DNA of 63,522 nucleotides, counting the filler. It is 6 parts of 6 records of this genome, joined end to end, with 100 filler letters (N's around TTAATTAATTAA, not from the genome) between each part and the next. Parts side by side here need not be neighbours in the genome. Positions count along the whole stretch, not along the records: positions 30,139 to 55,565 come from SRR20825010_2964; positions 55,666 to 59,953 come from SRR20825010_2975; positions 60,054 to 63,522 come from SRR20825010_2983; 3 more parts are not named here. The stretch is one strand, 5' to 3'. Both the position numbers and the translations under genes were made by a program. Numbering within the stretch: position 1 is the first letter of the stretch; each line of letters begins with the position of its first letter. Positions 55,155-63,522 of this stretch are shown here, one piece after another. The notes under the pieces are model-generated. The model did no database searches. It was not told where the DNA came from and saw nothing but the letters and a program-made list of their open reading frames with translations.

Positions 55155-55324
55155 TTCTCTGCCTCCACCCATTTCCCATACCTGTCAGACCATCTTTTCA
55201 ATGTGCCAGGCGACGTTGACGTGTCTAACCATGCCTGCCCATCTTCGACAAAGCGCGGAGTTACTCCGCTCAATACCGATTCCGGGGTAAGTTTTTTGCC
55301 GACCGCTTCATCCTGTTTTGCCAT
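55136..55324 (-). CDS. Small phage hypothetical protein
   Basis: MAKQDEAVG... after RBS GGAG; overlaps the next gene. Confidence 0.45.
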   Translation of the reverse strand: MAKQDEAVGKKLTPESVLSGVTPRFVEDGQAWLDTSTSPGTLKRWSDRYGKWVEAEKWQSAM

Positions 55325-55325
55325 G

Positions 55326-55549
55326 TGTAACGCTCCGATTTTAGGCGTTACATTTTTTGTTACGCCTAAGTTATTGATATATATATCTTGTAACAATGTA
55401 ACAGGTGTAACAGTGATTATATACGTATGCGCACGCGCGCACACATGGAGGCTTATAACGGTGTTACATGCGTTACATTGTTACAAGTATTGTTTTTCAA
55501 GGGGTTATCCGTAACAAAAAATGTAACACCAATCCGGTACAGCGTTACA
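55326..55549. repeat. 224-bp imperfect palindrome with 12 GTAAC/GTTAC units and IHF-like sites (origin-like)
   Basis: Perfect mirror blocks 55347-64/55510-27 (18 bp), 55387-402/55472-87 (16 bp), 55326-34/55541-49 (9 bp). Confidence 0.8.
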
Positions 55550-55565
55550 TTCCACCATTCAGACC

Positions 55566-55665
55566 NNNNNNNNNNNNNNNNNNNNNNNNNNNNNNNNNNN
55601 NNNNNNNNNTTAATTAATTAANNNNNNNNNNNNNNNNNNNNNNNNNNNNNNNNNNNNNNNNNNNN
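55566..55665. other. Artificial contig linker
   Basis: N run + TTAATTAATTAA + N run. Confidence 0.99.
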
Positions 55666-56155
55666 CGTTGATCCGCTGCTGCAGAAGCAGGCCGACTGCG
55701 TTTCCACCATGACCTACAACGAATATTGGCAGGTCATCGATGCCGGTATTCCGGCCGAGGAACTGGTGGTGTTCAAGTATCAGGATCAGGGTGTCGCCAC
55801 GCTTGAGGACGGCCTCTATGTGCTTGAGGACAATCTGAAGGATCCGGCTTTTGTCTCCAAGATGGCACGTTTCGTCCGGGCCTCCATGAAGGGCTGGAAA
55901 TATGCGGCCGAGCATCCGGACGAGGCAGCCGATATCGTGCTTGAGAACGATGCCTCGGGTGCCCAGACCGAAAAGCACCAGCGCCGCATGATGCGGGAAG
56001 TTGCCAAGCTGACGGCGGGCTCCAACGGCGTGCTTGATGCGGACGATTACGAGCGGACGGTGAATACTCTGCTGAAGGGCGGCTCCAGCCCGGTCATAAC
56101 CAAGCGGCCGGTTGATGCCTGGACGCACATGATCACGGACAAGGCGCTGAAATAA
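55666..56155 (+). CDS. ABC transporter substrate-binding protein (NMT1/THI5-like), 3' part
   Basis: DPLLQKQADCVSTMTYNEYWQV, LEDGLYV, FVRASMKGW. Confidence 0.88.
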
Positions 56156-56180
56156 GCGGTGGCCGATATCGAATACGGAG

Positions 56181-56204
56181 AAGGCGGCCGTTGGCCGCCT
56201 TTTT
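56181..56204 (+). terminator. Intrinsic terminator
   Basis: AAGGCGGCC-GTT-GGCCGCCTTTTT. Confidence 0.85.
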
Positions 56205-56341
56205 CATCTCTGGTGCTCGCCAGAGTCGCCGGTGTGCCATTTATTCCGGGCTTGAGATTTCATGTTCCTCTGGATGTTATGCGTCCCGGCGGATTACCTT
56301 CTGACCTATCTCTCTGATTTCACTCACTCCCTGGGCTTCCC

Positions 56342-57025
56342 ATGACGGACATCCTCTTTCTTCCCGGTTTCATGTGTGACCGGCATCTCTGGGACGATGC
56401 CAAAAAGGACCTGGAGAATCTGGGAGCCCTGCATTTCGGGGATCTGACCATGGACCGGTCGTTTGACGCCATGGCCCGGCGCGTCCTGGACGAAGCGCCG
56501 GATCGCTTCTCCCTCGTCGGCTTCTCCATGGGCGGGTTCGTTGCCCGTGAGATTGCACTGATGGCGCCGGAGCGGGTTGAGCGGCTGGCGCTTCTGAATA
56601 CCAGCGCACGTGGAGACAGCCCGGAGCAGGCCGCGCGCAAGGCCGGTCTTGCGAAGGCCGCCGAAGGCAGGGGCTTCAGGGGGCTTTCCCGGCATTCCAT
56701 TCTGTCCTCGCTGCATCCGGACCGGCGGTCGGACGATACGCTGGTCGACCGGATTCGCGAGATGGCGGACCGGATCGGCAAGGACGGGTTTGTGAACCAG
56801 ATCGGCGTTGCCCGTCATGATGGGCATGACAGTCTGGGAGACATCACGTGCCCAACGCTGGTTGTCTGGTGCCGTCAAGACGAATTGCGCAGTCTGGATG
56901 AAGCACGGGAACTCTCGGACGGCATTCCGGGTGCACGCCTGAAGATTGTCGAAGACTGCGGTCATATGCTACCAATGGAGGCGCCGGAGCAGATGGTGAT
57001 ACTTCTCAAGGACTGGCTCGAATAA
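56342..57025 (+). CDS. Alpha/beta hydrolase
   Basis: LPGFMCD, GFSMGG nucleophile elbow, CGHM. Confidence 0.9.
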   Translation: MTDILFLPGFMCDRHLWDDAKKDLENLGALHFGDLTMDRSFDAMARRVLDEAPDRFSLVGFSMGGFVAREIALMAPERVERLALLNTSARGDSPEQAARKAGLAKAAEGRGFRGLSRHSILSSLHPDRRSDDTLVDRIREMADRIGKDGFVNQIGVARHDGHDSLGDITCPTLVVWCRQDELRSLDEARELSDGIPGARLKIVEDCGHMLPMEAPEQMVILLKDWLE

Positions 57026-57110
57026 CTCCCGTTCCGACAGCCTCTTCATCTTGTATTCGAGGGGGCGGGTTTTACATTACTAAGTAAGTGCACTCATTTC
57101 TGGTCGTTTC

Positions 57111-57935
57111 ATGTCGCGGATCATCTGGCTTGCATCCTATCCCAAGTCTGGGAACACCTGGATGCGGGCGCTTCTCGCTAATTACATCATGAACAGGGAA
57201 GAGCCGGTAAAGCTCGCGGAACTGAATGATTTTACTCTGAGCGACACGATCCAAGGGTTCTATACCAAGGTAACGGGAAAGCCGATCGAGAAGGTCACGC
57301 TCGAAGAGTCGGTCGCGATCCGGCCGACGGTGCTCCGTCTTATCGCGAATTCCAAACCGCACGACCATTTCGTCAAGACACACACGCAGCCCGCATTTCC
57401 GAACGGCGCACAACTGATAGACCCATCGGTTTCCCTGGGCGCGATTTATATCGTCCGTAACCCCTGCGATCTGGTGTTCTCCTACGCTGAACACTTCGGC
57501 ATGTCGGTCGATCTGGCGATCCGCGATCTTGGCGATGCGGAAAACACGACGGTCAGCCCGTACGATCAGATCGTCAGTTATCTCGGTTCCTGGTCCGGGC
57601 ATGTGACGAGCTGGACCGGCAGCTCTATTCCGTTCTGCCTCGTGCGTTACGAAGACCTGCTTGAAAAACCGGAAGAGACGTTCGGCGAGGTTCTGCGCAC
57701 CCTCAACATTCCGATCGAGGAAGAGCGATTGGCGCGGGCTGTCAGGCATGCATCCTTCAAGTCTCTTTCCTCCCTGGAAAAGGCCGACGGGTTCGCTGAA
57801 CGGTCTCCGCATGCGGGCCGGTTTTTCAGATCGGGTACAGCTGGCGAGGGCACGCAAAAATTGTCAAAGCGTCAGTTGAAACAGATCATTCGGGACCATG
57901 GTGCGATGATGGAAAAGTTTGGTTACGCAGTGTGA
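57111..57935 (+). CDS. PAPS-dependent sulfotransferase
   Basis: WLASYPKSGNTW (5'-PSB), KTH, IVRNP.D...S, RYEDL, FFRSG. Confidence 0.92.
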   Translation: MSRIIWLASYPKSGNTWMRALLANYIMNREEPVKLAELNDFTLSDTIQGFYTKVTGKPIEKVTLEESVAIRPTVLRLIANSKPHDHFVKTHTQPAFPNGAQLIDPSVSLGAIYIVRNPCDLVFSYAEHFGMSVDLAIRDLGDAENTTVSPYDQIVSYLGSWSGHVTSWTGSSIPFCLVRYEDLLEKPEETFGEVLRTLNIPIEEERLARAVRHASFKSLSSLEKADGFAERSPHAGRFFRSGTAGEGTQKLSKRQLKQIIRDHGAMMEKFGYAV

Positions 57936-58002
57936 CCGGAAGCATGGGTTATCAATTTTTCGACTGTAATGTTGAATCGTAACTATCTGATATTGTGATG
58001 AT

Positions 58003-58830
58003 ATGGCGCGAATTATCTGGCTGGCATCCTACCCCAAGAGTGGCAATACCTGGATGCGGGCGCTTCTCGCCAATTACATCCTTGATCGCGACAATCCGAT
58101 ATCAATCAATGACTTGCGCGGCTTCACGCTGAGCGATACACGGCCGCGTTTTTTTGATGGCTTGACCGATAAACCCCTGACGGAGCTGACGATTGAAGAG
58201 GTTCGCGCGCTGCGCCCGGAAGCGCAGAGCCGGCTGGCTGACGCACGCGACCACGATCATTTCGTGAAGACACATTCACAGCTTGCCGACTATGGCGGCG
58301 TGCCGCTGATTAACCCGGCCGTGACGGCAGGGGCGATCTACATCCTGCGCGACCCGCGGGACATGATCCTTTCCTATGCCGCGCATTTCGGCATCAGCGT
58401 TGATGAGGCGATCGTGCAGATAGGGCTTGATGACAACATGACGACCGCCGGCGATTTCGAGATGAGTACCATTCTCGGGCGCTGGGACCGGCATGTGGAA
58501 TCATGGACGAACCAGAGCGCCATCCCGGTCTGCACTGTTCGTTATGAGGATCTGCACCGGGACACGCCGGCGACTTTTAGTGTGATCCTGAAAACGTTGG
58601 GTATCTCCGTATCTGCTGATCGTCTGGCCAAGGCGGTACGCAACAGCGCGTTTGAAACACTGAGCCGGGAGGAATCCCGGGACGGTTTCATTGAACGGCC
58701 TCCGCATATGGAACGGTTCTTCCGGTCGGGTAAGCCGGGAGGCGGCGCAAGTGAGCTTACGGCATCACAACGCACGAGGATCGAGGCCGACCATGCCTCG
58801 GTCATGAAACGGTTCGGCTATTTGTCCTGA
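58003..58830 (+). CDS. PAPS-dependent sulfotransferase (tandem paralogue)
   Basis: WLASYPKSGNTW, KTH, LRDPRD...S, RYEDL, FFRSG. Confidence 0.92.
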   Translation: MARIIWLASYPKSGNTWMRALLANYILDRDNPISINDLRGFTLSDTRPRFFDGLTDKPLTELTIEEVRALRPEAQSRLADARDHDHFVKTHSQLADYGGVPLINPAVTAGAIYILRDPRDMILSYAAHFGISVDEAIVQIGLDDNMTTAGDFEMSTILGRWDRHVESWTNQSAIPVCTVRYEDLHRDTPATFSVILKTLGISVSADRLAKAVRNSAFETLSREESRDGFIERPPHMERFFRSGKPGGGASELTASQRTRIEADHASVMKRFGYLS

Positions 58831-58939
58831 GATCAGCCGGGCCTGATCCTCAAGCCCGTGGTCAGTGCAATCAGGCATCAGGCAAAGAAAAACGGCCGCA
58901 TCGGGTGATGCGGCCGCTTCTTCGGAAAAGTCTGGAAAC

Positions 58940-59953
58940 TTATTCGGCAGCTTCGGCCGGCCAGCCGGCGACAGCCTTCACTTCCAGGAATTCCATGAGG
59001 CCGTGCTCGCCGCCCTCACGGCCGTTACCGGACTGTTTGTAGCCACCGAACGGGCTGCCCGGCGCGCGGCCGGCACCGTTCAGCTGGATCATGCCTGCGC
59101 GGAGCTGGCGGGCGAGGCGCTTGGCCCGCTCCGGGTCACCGGTCTGCACATAGGAGGTCAGACCATACGGCGTGTCATTGGCGATCCGGACAGCGTCGTC
59201 TTCGTCTTCGAAGGACATGATGGAGAGCACCGGGCCGAAGATCTCTTCCTTGGCAATGGTCATGTCTTCCTTCACGTCCGCGAAGACGGTCGGCTTGACA
59301 TAGTAGCCGCGGTTGAGGCCATCAGGGCGGCCGAGACCACCGGCAAGGAGGGTGGCGCCTTCCTTGATGCCGGATTCGATCAGGCCCTGGATCTTGTCGA
59401 ACTGGGCTTGCGAGACCACCGGGCCGATCTGGCGGCCTTCCTGTGTCGGATCGCCCACTTCCTGTGCTTCTGCCACGGACTTGGCAACTTCGATCGCTTC
59501 GCTGTAGGCGGATTTTTCAACGATCATACGGCTCGGAGCGTTGCAGCTCTGACCGCTGTTGTTGAACATGTGCAGCACACCGCGCTTGACCGACTTGGCG
59601 ACATCGCTGTCGGCGAATACCAGGTTCGGGCCTTTACCGCCCAGTTCAAGCGAAACGCGCTTGACCGTGTCGGCGGAAGCCTTGGTGACGGCGATACCGG
59701 CGCGGGTGGAGCCGGTGAAGCTCATCATGTCGATGTCAGGATGCTTGCTCATCGCTTCGCCGACGGTCGGGCCGTCGCCATTGACGAGGTTGAACACACC
59801 GGCCGGGAAACCAGCCTGCTCCATGAACTCGGCGAAGAGAAGGGACGACATCGGGGCGATTTCGGATGGCTTCAGCACCACGGTGCAGCCAACGCCGACG
59901 GCCGGGACGACCTTCAGGGTCACCTGGTTCATCGGCCAGTTCCACGGCGTGAT
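58940..59953 (-). CDS. Aldehyde dehydrogenase, 3' part
   Basis: ITPWNW, KPSE, FTGS, LELGGK, NSGQSC, EEIFGPV, PFGGYKQSG. Confidence 0.95.
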   Translation of the reverse strand: MTPWNWPMNQVTLKVVPAVGVGCTVVLKPSEIAPMSSLLFAEFMEQAGFPAGVFNLVNGDGPTVGEAMSKHPDIDMMSFTGSTRAGIAVTKASADTVKRVSLELGGKGPNLVFADSDVAKSVKRGVLHMFNNSGQSCNAPSRMIVEKSAYSEAIEVAKSVAEAQEVGDPTQEGRQIGPVVSQAQFDKIQGLIESGIKEGATLLAGGLGRPDGLNRGYYVKPTVFADVKEDMTIAKEEIFGPVLSIMSFEDEDDAVRIANDTPYGLTSYVQTGDPERAKRLARQLRAGMIQLNGAGRAPGSPFGGYKQSGNGREGGEHGLMEFLEVKAVAGWPAEAAE

Positions 59954-60053
59954 NNNNNNNNNNNNNNNNNNNNNNNNNNNNNNNNNNNNNNNNNNNNTTA
60001 ATTAATTAANNNNNNNNNNNNNNNNNNNNNNNNNNNNNNNNNNNNNNNNNNNN
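59954..60053. other. Artificial contig linker
   Basis: N run + TTAATTAATTAA + N run. Confidence 0.99.
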
Positions 60054-60054
60054 T

Positions 60055-60552
60055 AAATCCAATCCGGTGCAGGCCGAAATGCTTGTGACCCTAGCACGGT
60101 TCAATGCCGGGCAGATTGGTGTGTTTAGCCAATCACAGATCCATGATCATGAACGCTGCGGGTCAAGCTGGCTTTTGGAATGGCTGACCTTGCCGCAAAT
60201 CATCATGGCGGCGGGAACCGCATTGGCGCAGGCGGTTGATATGGTGCCGGCCCTTAAGGTCAATAAAGACCGAATGGCCGAAAATCTTGAACTGTCGCGT
60301 GGGGCGATGTTGGCAGAGGCGGCGACATTCGCACTGGCCGATCATATCGGGCGTGATGCGGCCGATAAGCTGGTGAAAGAAGCCGTGGCGCAATCGGCGG
60401 CAAACAGATCAAACCTGTTTGATGAATTGCCGAAACTGACCAACGCCCCGGTGGATTGGGCGCATGTGCGCAACCCGGCCAATTATGTCGGGCAGGCGGA
60501 TGTGTTTGTCGATCGGGTTCTGAGCACAGCCAAACGCGGATTGCGCGATTGA
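60055..60552 (+). CDS. pcaB: 3-carboxy-cis,cis-muconate cycloisomerase, 3' part
   Basis: KSNPVQAE, HDHERCG..W.LEWLTLP, P.NY.G (fumarase/adenylosuccinate lyase superfamily). Confidence 0.82.
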   Translation, partial: KSNPVQAEMLVTLARFNAGQIGVFSQSQIHDHERCGSSWLLEWLTLPQIIMAAGTALAQAVDMVPALKVNKDRMAENLELSRGAMLAEAATFALADHIGRDAADKLVKEAVAQSAANRSNLFDELPKLTNAPVDWAHVRNPANYVGQADVFVDRVLSTAKRGLRD

Positions 60553-60616
60553 TTGCAAAGCAAAGGCCGCCCGATGGCAGCCTTTGTCTTATGGGGATTG
60601 GGTGTTTTGGGGGAAA

Positions 60617-61099
60617 CTAGCAGGGTTTCCTTAGGCGTTTTTCGACCGCATAGTTATGGATAGGAACGCCTGCGACTTCAAAATCGCGGCGTTCAACGAC
60701 GGAAAATCCCTTTTTCAGCAGGAACGATTTTGCCTGTTCGCTGGCTTCGGAATAAAGTTTGCCGATGTTCTGGGCTTTTGCCTCGGCCTCAAGCGCGTCA
60801 TAGAGTTCCGAGACTATCCCGCGTCCGGCAATGTCGGGCAGGGCGTATAAAAAGCCGATATGCCCGTCTTTCTCGACATCGGTGAAGGCCACGACCTGAT
60901 CGTCGTGATTAACAGCAACAAGGCAGCAGCGTCCATCCTTCATCAATTCGGCAAAGCGTTCCGGGGTTGGTTGAAGGCTTGCCCAGACAGCGACCTGTTC
61001 CGGGCCATACGCCAAACTGCCAAGTTCATTAACAGCACGTCTAAAAATCTCGACCATGACGGGGGCGTCGCTGTCACGGAACGGGCGAATATTGGTCAT
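60617..61099 (-). CDS. GNAT acetyltransferase (YafP-like)
   Basis: Y..EQV.VWA, GHI.FLY, GRG, EASE.A..F..KKGF. Confidence 0.88.
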   Translation of the reverse strand: MTNIRPFRDSDAPVMVEIFRRAVNELGSLAYGPEQVAVWASLQPTPERFAELMKDGRCCLVAVNHDDQVVAFTDVEKDGHIGFLYALPDIAGRGIVSELYDALEAEAKAQNIGKLYSEASEQAKSFLLKKGFSVVERRDFEVAGVPIHNYAVEKRLRKPC

Positions 61100-61821
61100 T
61101 CTTGGGTTTCCCATGCCGTATCAAAGAACTGACGTTCAAGTTCTGTCGCACGCCGAAAATAACGCAGGCAGCTTGCGCGTTCGTCATCGGACAGGTCCGG
61201 GCCGATATTATCAAGTTGGGTATTGAGATAGGCGATTACACTTTCAAAATACTCACCAACATGCAGATCAAGCCATTCGACATACCAAAAATCCGTCGGA
61301 CGGTTTGACAGCGATCTGTTCACCCGATCTGCCCAGCCAAGATATGTGCCTTCGGCGACGGCAAGGACGGCAAGCATATTGGCGTAACTGTTGGTATCAA
61401 CGGCATCTGCCATCAGTTGCTTGAACGCAGCCGTTGCAGGCCAGTCCGGCTGATATTCGCGGTCATGGTCCGACACACCAAGGGCGGCAAAGGATCGTTC
61501 AAAATAGGTGTTTTCCTTGCCAGTCAGAAGGGCGAGGAACTGACAACCCGGAATGCGGTCTTTGAGCGTCGGGGCGCGTGATATGGCCGCAGCCAAAAGC
61601 GCGACAAAGCGATCAATGAAGCGATGATCCTGAATAAGATAGTTTTCGAGTTTGGCTTTGGGCAGGGATGCCTTACCCCACGCATCGGTAAATGGATGAT
61701 GGGTTACCCCATGCCATTGATCGGCATTTGATGCCTTTAGCCAGTCTGAAAATCGGCTGTTTTGGGTGGAAAGTTGCCACTGCGGATAATCAAGGTCGGT
61801 TTGTTCGAGAGCAATCGGCAC
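61096..61821 (-). CDS. tenA: TenA/THI-4 family protein
   Basis: HPF, YLIQD.RF, E..Y..W, EW.DLH, LE..FF..A. Confidence 0.88.
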   Translation of the reverse strand: MPIALEQTDLDYPQWQLSTQNSRFSDWLKASNADQWHGVTHHPFTDAWGKASLPKAKLENYLIQDHRFIDRFVALLAAAISRAPTLKDRIPGCQFLALLTGKENTYFERSFAALGVSDHDREYQPDWPATAAFKQLMADAVDTNSYANMLAVLAVAEGTYLGWADRVNRSLSNRPTDFWYVEWLDLHVGEYFESVIAYLNTQLDNIGPDLSDDERASCLRYFRRATELERQFFDTAWETQE

Positions 61822-62008
61822 GGCACTTTCCCTGAAAATTCTGAATTTTTCTTTTTGTTACATGGTCCTAGAAGGAGTGCAATACACCAAACGTATGATA
61901 GGGAAAATCAAAATCCTGCATCGCATGATTGAGGCACATCAACGTAAAACATGAAAGGATGATGTTATGGTGTTTTCATGAATTACAAGACTTCCCAAGG
62001 AGAAAGTC

Positions 62009-62233
62009 ATGAAAAATGTAGGATTGGTAGATCGCCTGATACGGTCTGCTGGTGGCGTGGCCTTGCTTGCTTTGCCATTTTTGGCAGAAGCACCCGAAGG
62101 TGAGAGCATGGCATTTGGCGTTTATGGCTGGGTCATGATCGTTGCGGGTGTGGTGATGCTGGTGAGTGCCGCATTGCGGTTTTGCCCGCTTTATAAGGTG
62201 TTTGGTTTGCGGACGTGTCCGATCTCCAAATAA
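62009..62233 (+). CDS. DUF2892 (YgaP-like) membrane protein
   Basis: NVG.VDR.IR, FCPLY..FG..TC; RBS AAGGAG. Confidence 0.9.
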   Translation: MKNVGLVDRLIRSAGGVALLALPFLAEAPEGESMAFGVYGWVMIVAGVVMLVSAALRFCPLYKVFGLRTCPISK

Positions 62234-62402
62234 GGGGTTGGTGTTTGTTAGATCACAACAAATTTCTATTCGAACTGTTGCAAGCAGCACGGTATAGTGG
62301 CATCCGTTAATCGGATGTCATGTGCTGTACGCGTGACGTAATGGGCCCGCAACCGGTTTGGTTTGCGGGAACCTTGATGGTCACGAACAACGGAATAGAA
62401 AA

Positions 62403-62816
62403 ATGAAACGCCTGAGTGATGAACTGACGGTATCCGCACAATTGCCACTTGATGCGATCGAAGAGATTGCCAAGGCCGGATACAAAACCATTATTTGTAA
62501 CCGCCCAGATGATGAAGATCCCGGTCAGCCATCCTTTGCAGAGGTGTCAACCAAGGCCGCAGCCGTCGGCATGACAGCCGTGTTCCAGCCCGTTGCAAGT
62601 GGCAATGTTTCCGATGCGGATGCAGATGCCTTTGCTGCCAACCTTGCCGGTGCGTCAAAGCCGGTTTTTGCTTATTGCCGAAGCGGGACCCGTTGCACGA
62701 TCCTTTGGTCGCTTGCCAATGCGGGGAAATTGCCGGTGCAAGACATCATCAAATCTGCGGCAGATGCCGGTTATGATATGTCGCCACTTTTGCCACGTAT
62801 TGCAGCGCGCGCTTGA
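62403..62816 (+). CDS. TIGR01244 (Blh-like) sulfur transferase
   Basis: IICNRPD.E..GQP, PVFAYCRSGTRC..LW. Confidence 0.92.
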   Translation: MKRLSDELTVSAQLPLDAIEEIAKAGYKTIICNRPDDEDPGQPSFAEVSTKAAAVGMTAVFQPVASGNVSDADADAFAANLAGASKPVFAYCRSGTRCTILWSLANAGKLPVQDIIKSAADAGYDMSPLLPRIAARA

Positions 62817-62952
62817 TCTTCTTATTCCCGGTTATGCGATGTGCTGATCGGCTGCATCGCATAATTGCGCAGCACGCCTGCCATAATTGCACTATCTCTT
62901 TTCGGCTTTTCATGGCGGAATATACCTAGGGTCGTCTGATACAGGTGTGATA

Positions 62953-63522
62953 GTGAAGACGCGTGAAAACGCCAATATTGAATTTCGATTGGCACAAGGC
63001 GACGATATTGATGCGCTTTGTGAGATCGAAAACCAGTCCTTTGACATTGATCGACTGAACCGTCGCGCGTTCAAACGTTTTGTCAGCAGCGAGACCGCAC
63101 GCCTGATTGTTGCCTGTGAAGGCGACAATATTCTTGGCTATGCATTGGTGATTTTCCGGCGAAATGTTGCCTTGGCACGGCTTTATTCATTGGCCGTGAT
63201 CCCGGCGCGATGGGGGCAGGGTATTGGACGCGCTCTTCTTGCGCAGGCAGAAGAATGCAGCCTTGATTTTGGCGCGCCGATCTTGCGGCTTGAAGTTAGT
63301 CAGAAAAACGCAGCCGCGATTAGCCTGTTTCGCAAGGCGGATTACAAGGATTTCGCGCTTTATCCCGATTATTACCCGGATCATTCCGACGCCCTTCGGA
63401 TGGAGCGTGTCTTGGTCCCTCATGCCATGAGCCGACCTTCGCCTATTCATTTTTATCATCAAACGCTTCCATTCACCTGTGGGCCAGCGGCCTTGATGAT
63501 GGCGATGAATGCGCTTGATCCC
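62953..63522 (+). CDS. RimI-like GNAT fused to a peptidase C39-like domain, truncated at window end
   Basis: Manual translation: ARLYSLAV...GQGIGRALL...LRLEV..N..AI.LF then FYHQTLPFTCGPAALMMAM; absent from the ORF track because it has no stop. Confidence 0.88.
   Translation, partial: MKTRENANIEFRLAQGDDIDALCEIENQSFDIDRLNRRAFKRFVSSETARLIVACEGDNILGYALVIFRRNVALARLYSLAVIPARWGQGIGRALLAQAEECSLDFGAPILRLEVSQKNAAAISLFRKADYKDFALYPDYYPDHSDALRMERVLVPHAMSRPSPIHFYHQTLPFTCGPAALMMAMNALDP

Larger units (their letters stand above)
30910..55565 (-). mobile_element. HK97-like siphoviral prophage (late region through lysis; early region beyond the contig end)
   Basis: HNH-terS-terL-portal-Clp-capsid-connector-tail-tape measure-tail tip-lysis order, ending at a tRNA att site. 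Confidence 0.95.

Noticed and set aside
55427-55621. Short ORFs rich in VT dipeptides
   Set aside because: Translation of the GTAAC/GTTAC palindrome units; they run into the linker
61822-62008. TPP riboswitch upstream of tenA
   Set aside because: No CTGAGA...CCTGA...GCGNAGG core seen on the minus strand

Overview
The window is not one locus. It is six unrelated contigs joined by 100-bp N/TTAATTAATTAA linkers, so gene neighbourhoods are only meaningful within a segment. Taxonomic labels below are inferred from protein style, not searched. (1) 1-9286, gammaproteobacterial (Alcanivorax-like): rpsA-ihfB-lapA-lapB-pyrF-comEA, a peptidase, uup, a desaturase, SMI1, and GTAG-type REP elements. (2) 9387-14860, planctomycete-like: epmA, DUF1559, an exonuclease and a REC-PP2C phosphatase. 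(3) 14961-30038, alphaproteobacterial: a tRNA-Leu 3' end with integrase arm-like repeats, an O-antigen ligase, a hydroxybenzoate/phenol monooxygenase plus MarR, and an unusual cluster of class B PBP, giant FHA-like/SEDS protein, membrane coiled-coil protein, TRAFAC GTPase and an 853-aa orphan. (4) 30139-55565, a Thalassospira-like host flank plus an HK97-type siphoviral prophage late region inserted at a tRNA-Ser 3' end. It carries a glycosyltransferase/methyltransferase cassette among the head genes, a lambda-type GGGAAAG tail-chaperone frameshift, a lipoprotein moron, a LexA-box Zn-ribbon gene and a large origin-like palindrome. (5) 55666-59953: ABC binding protein, hydrolase, two tandem sulfotransferases, aldehyde dehydrogenase. 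(6) 60054-63522: pcaB, GNAT, tenA, DUF2892, TIGR01244 and a GNAT-C39 fusion. The best candidates for undescribed systems are the SEDS/PBP/GTPase cluster (19750-30038) and the putative virion-glycosylation cassette (45183-47428).
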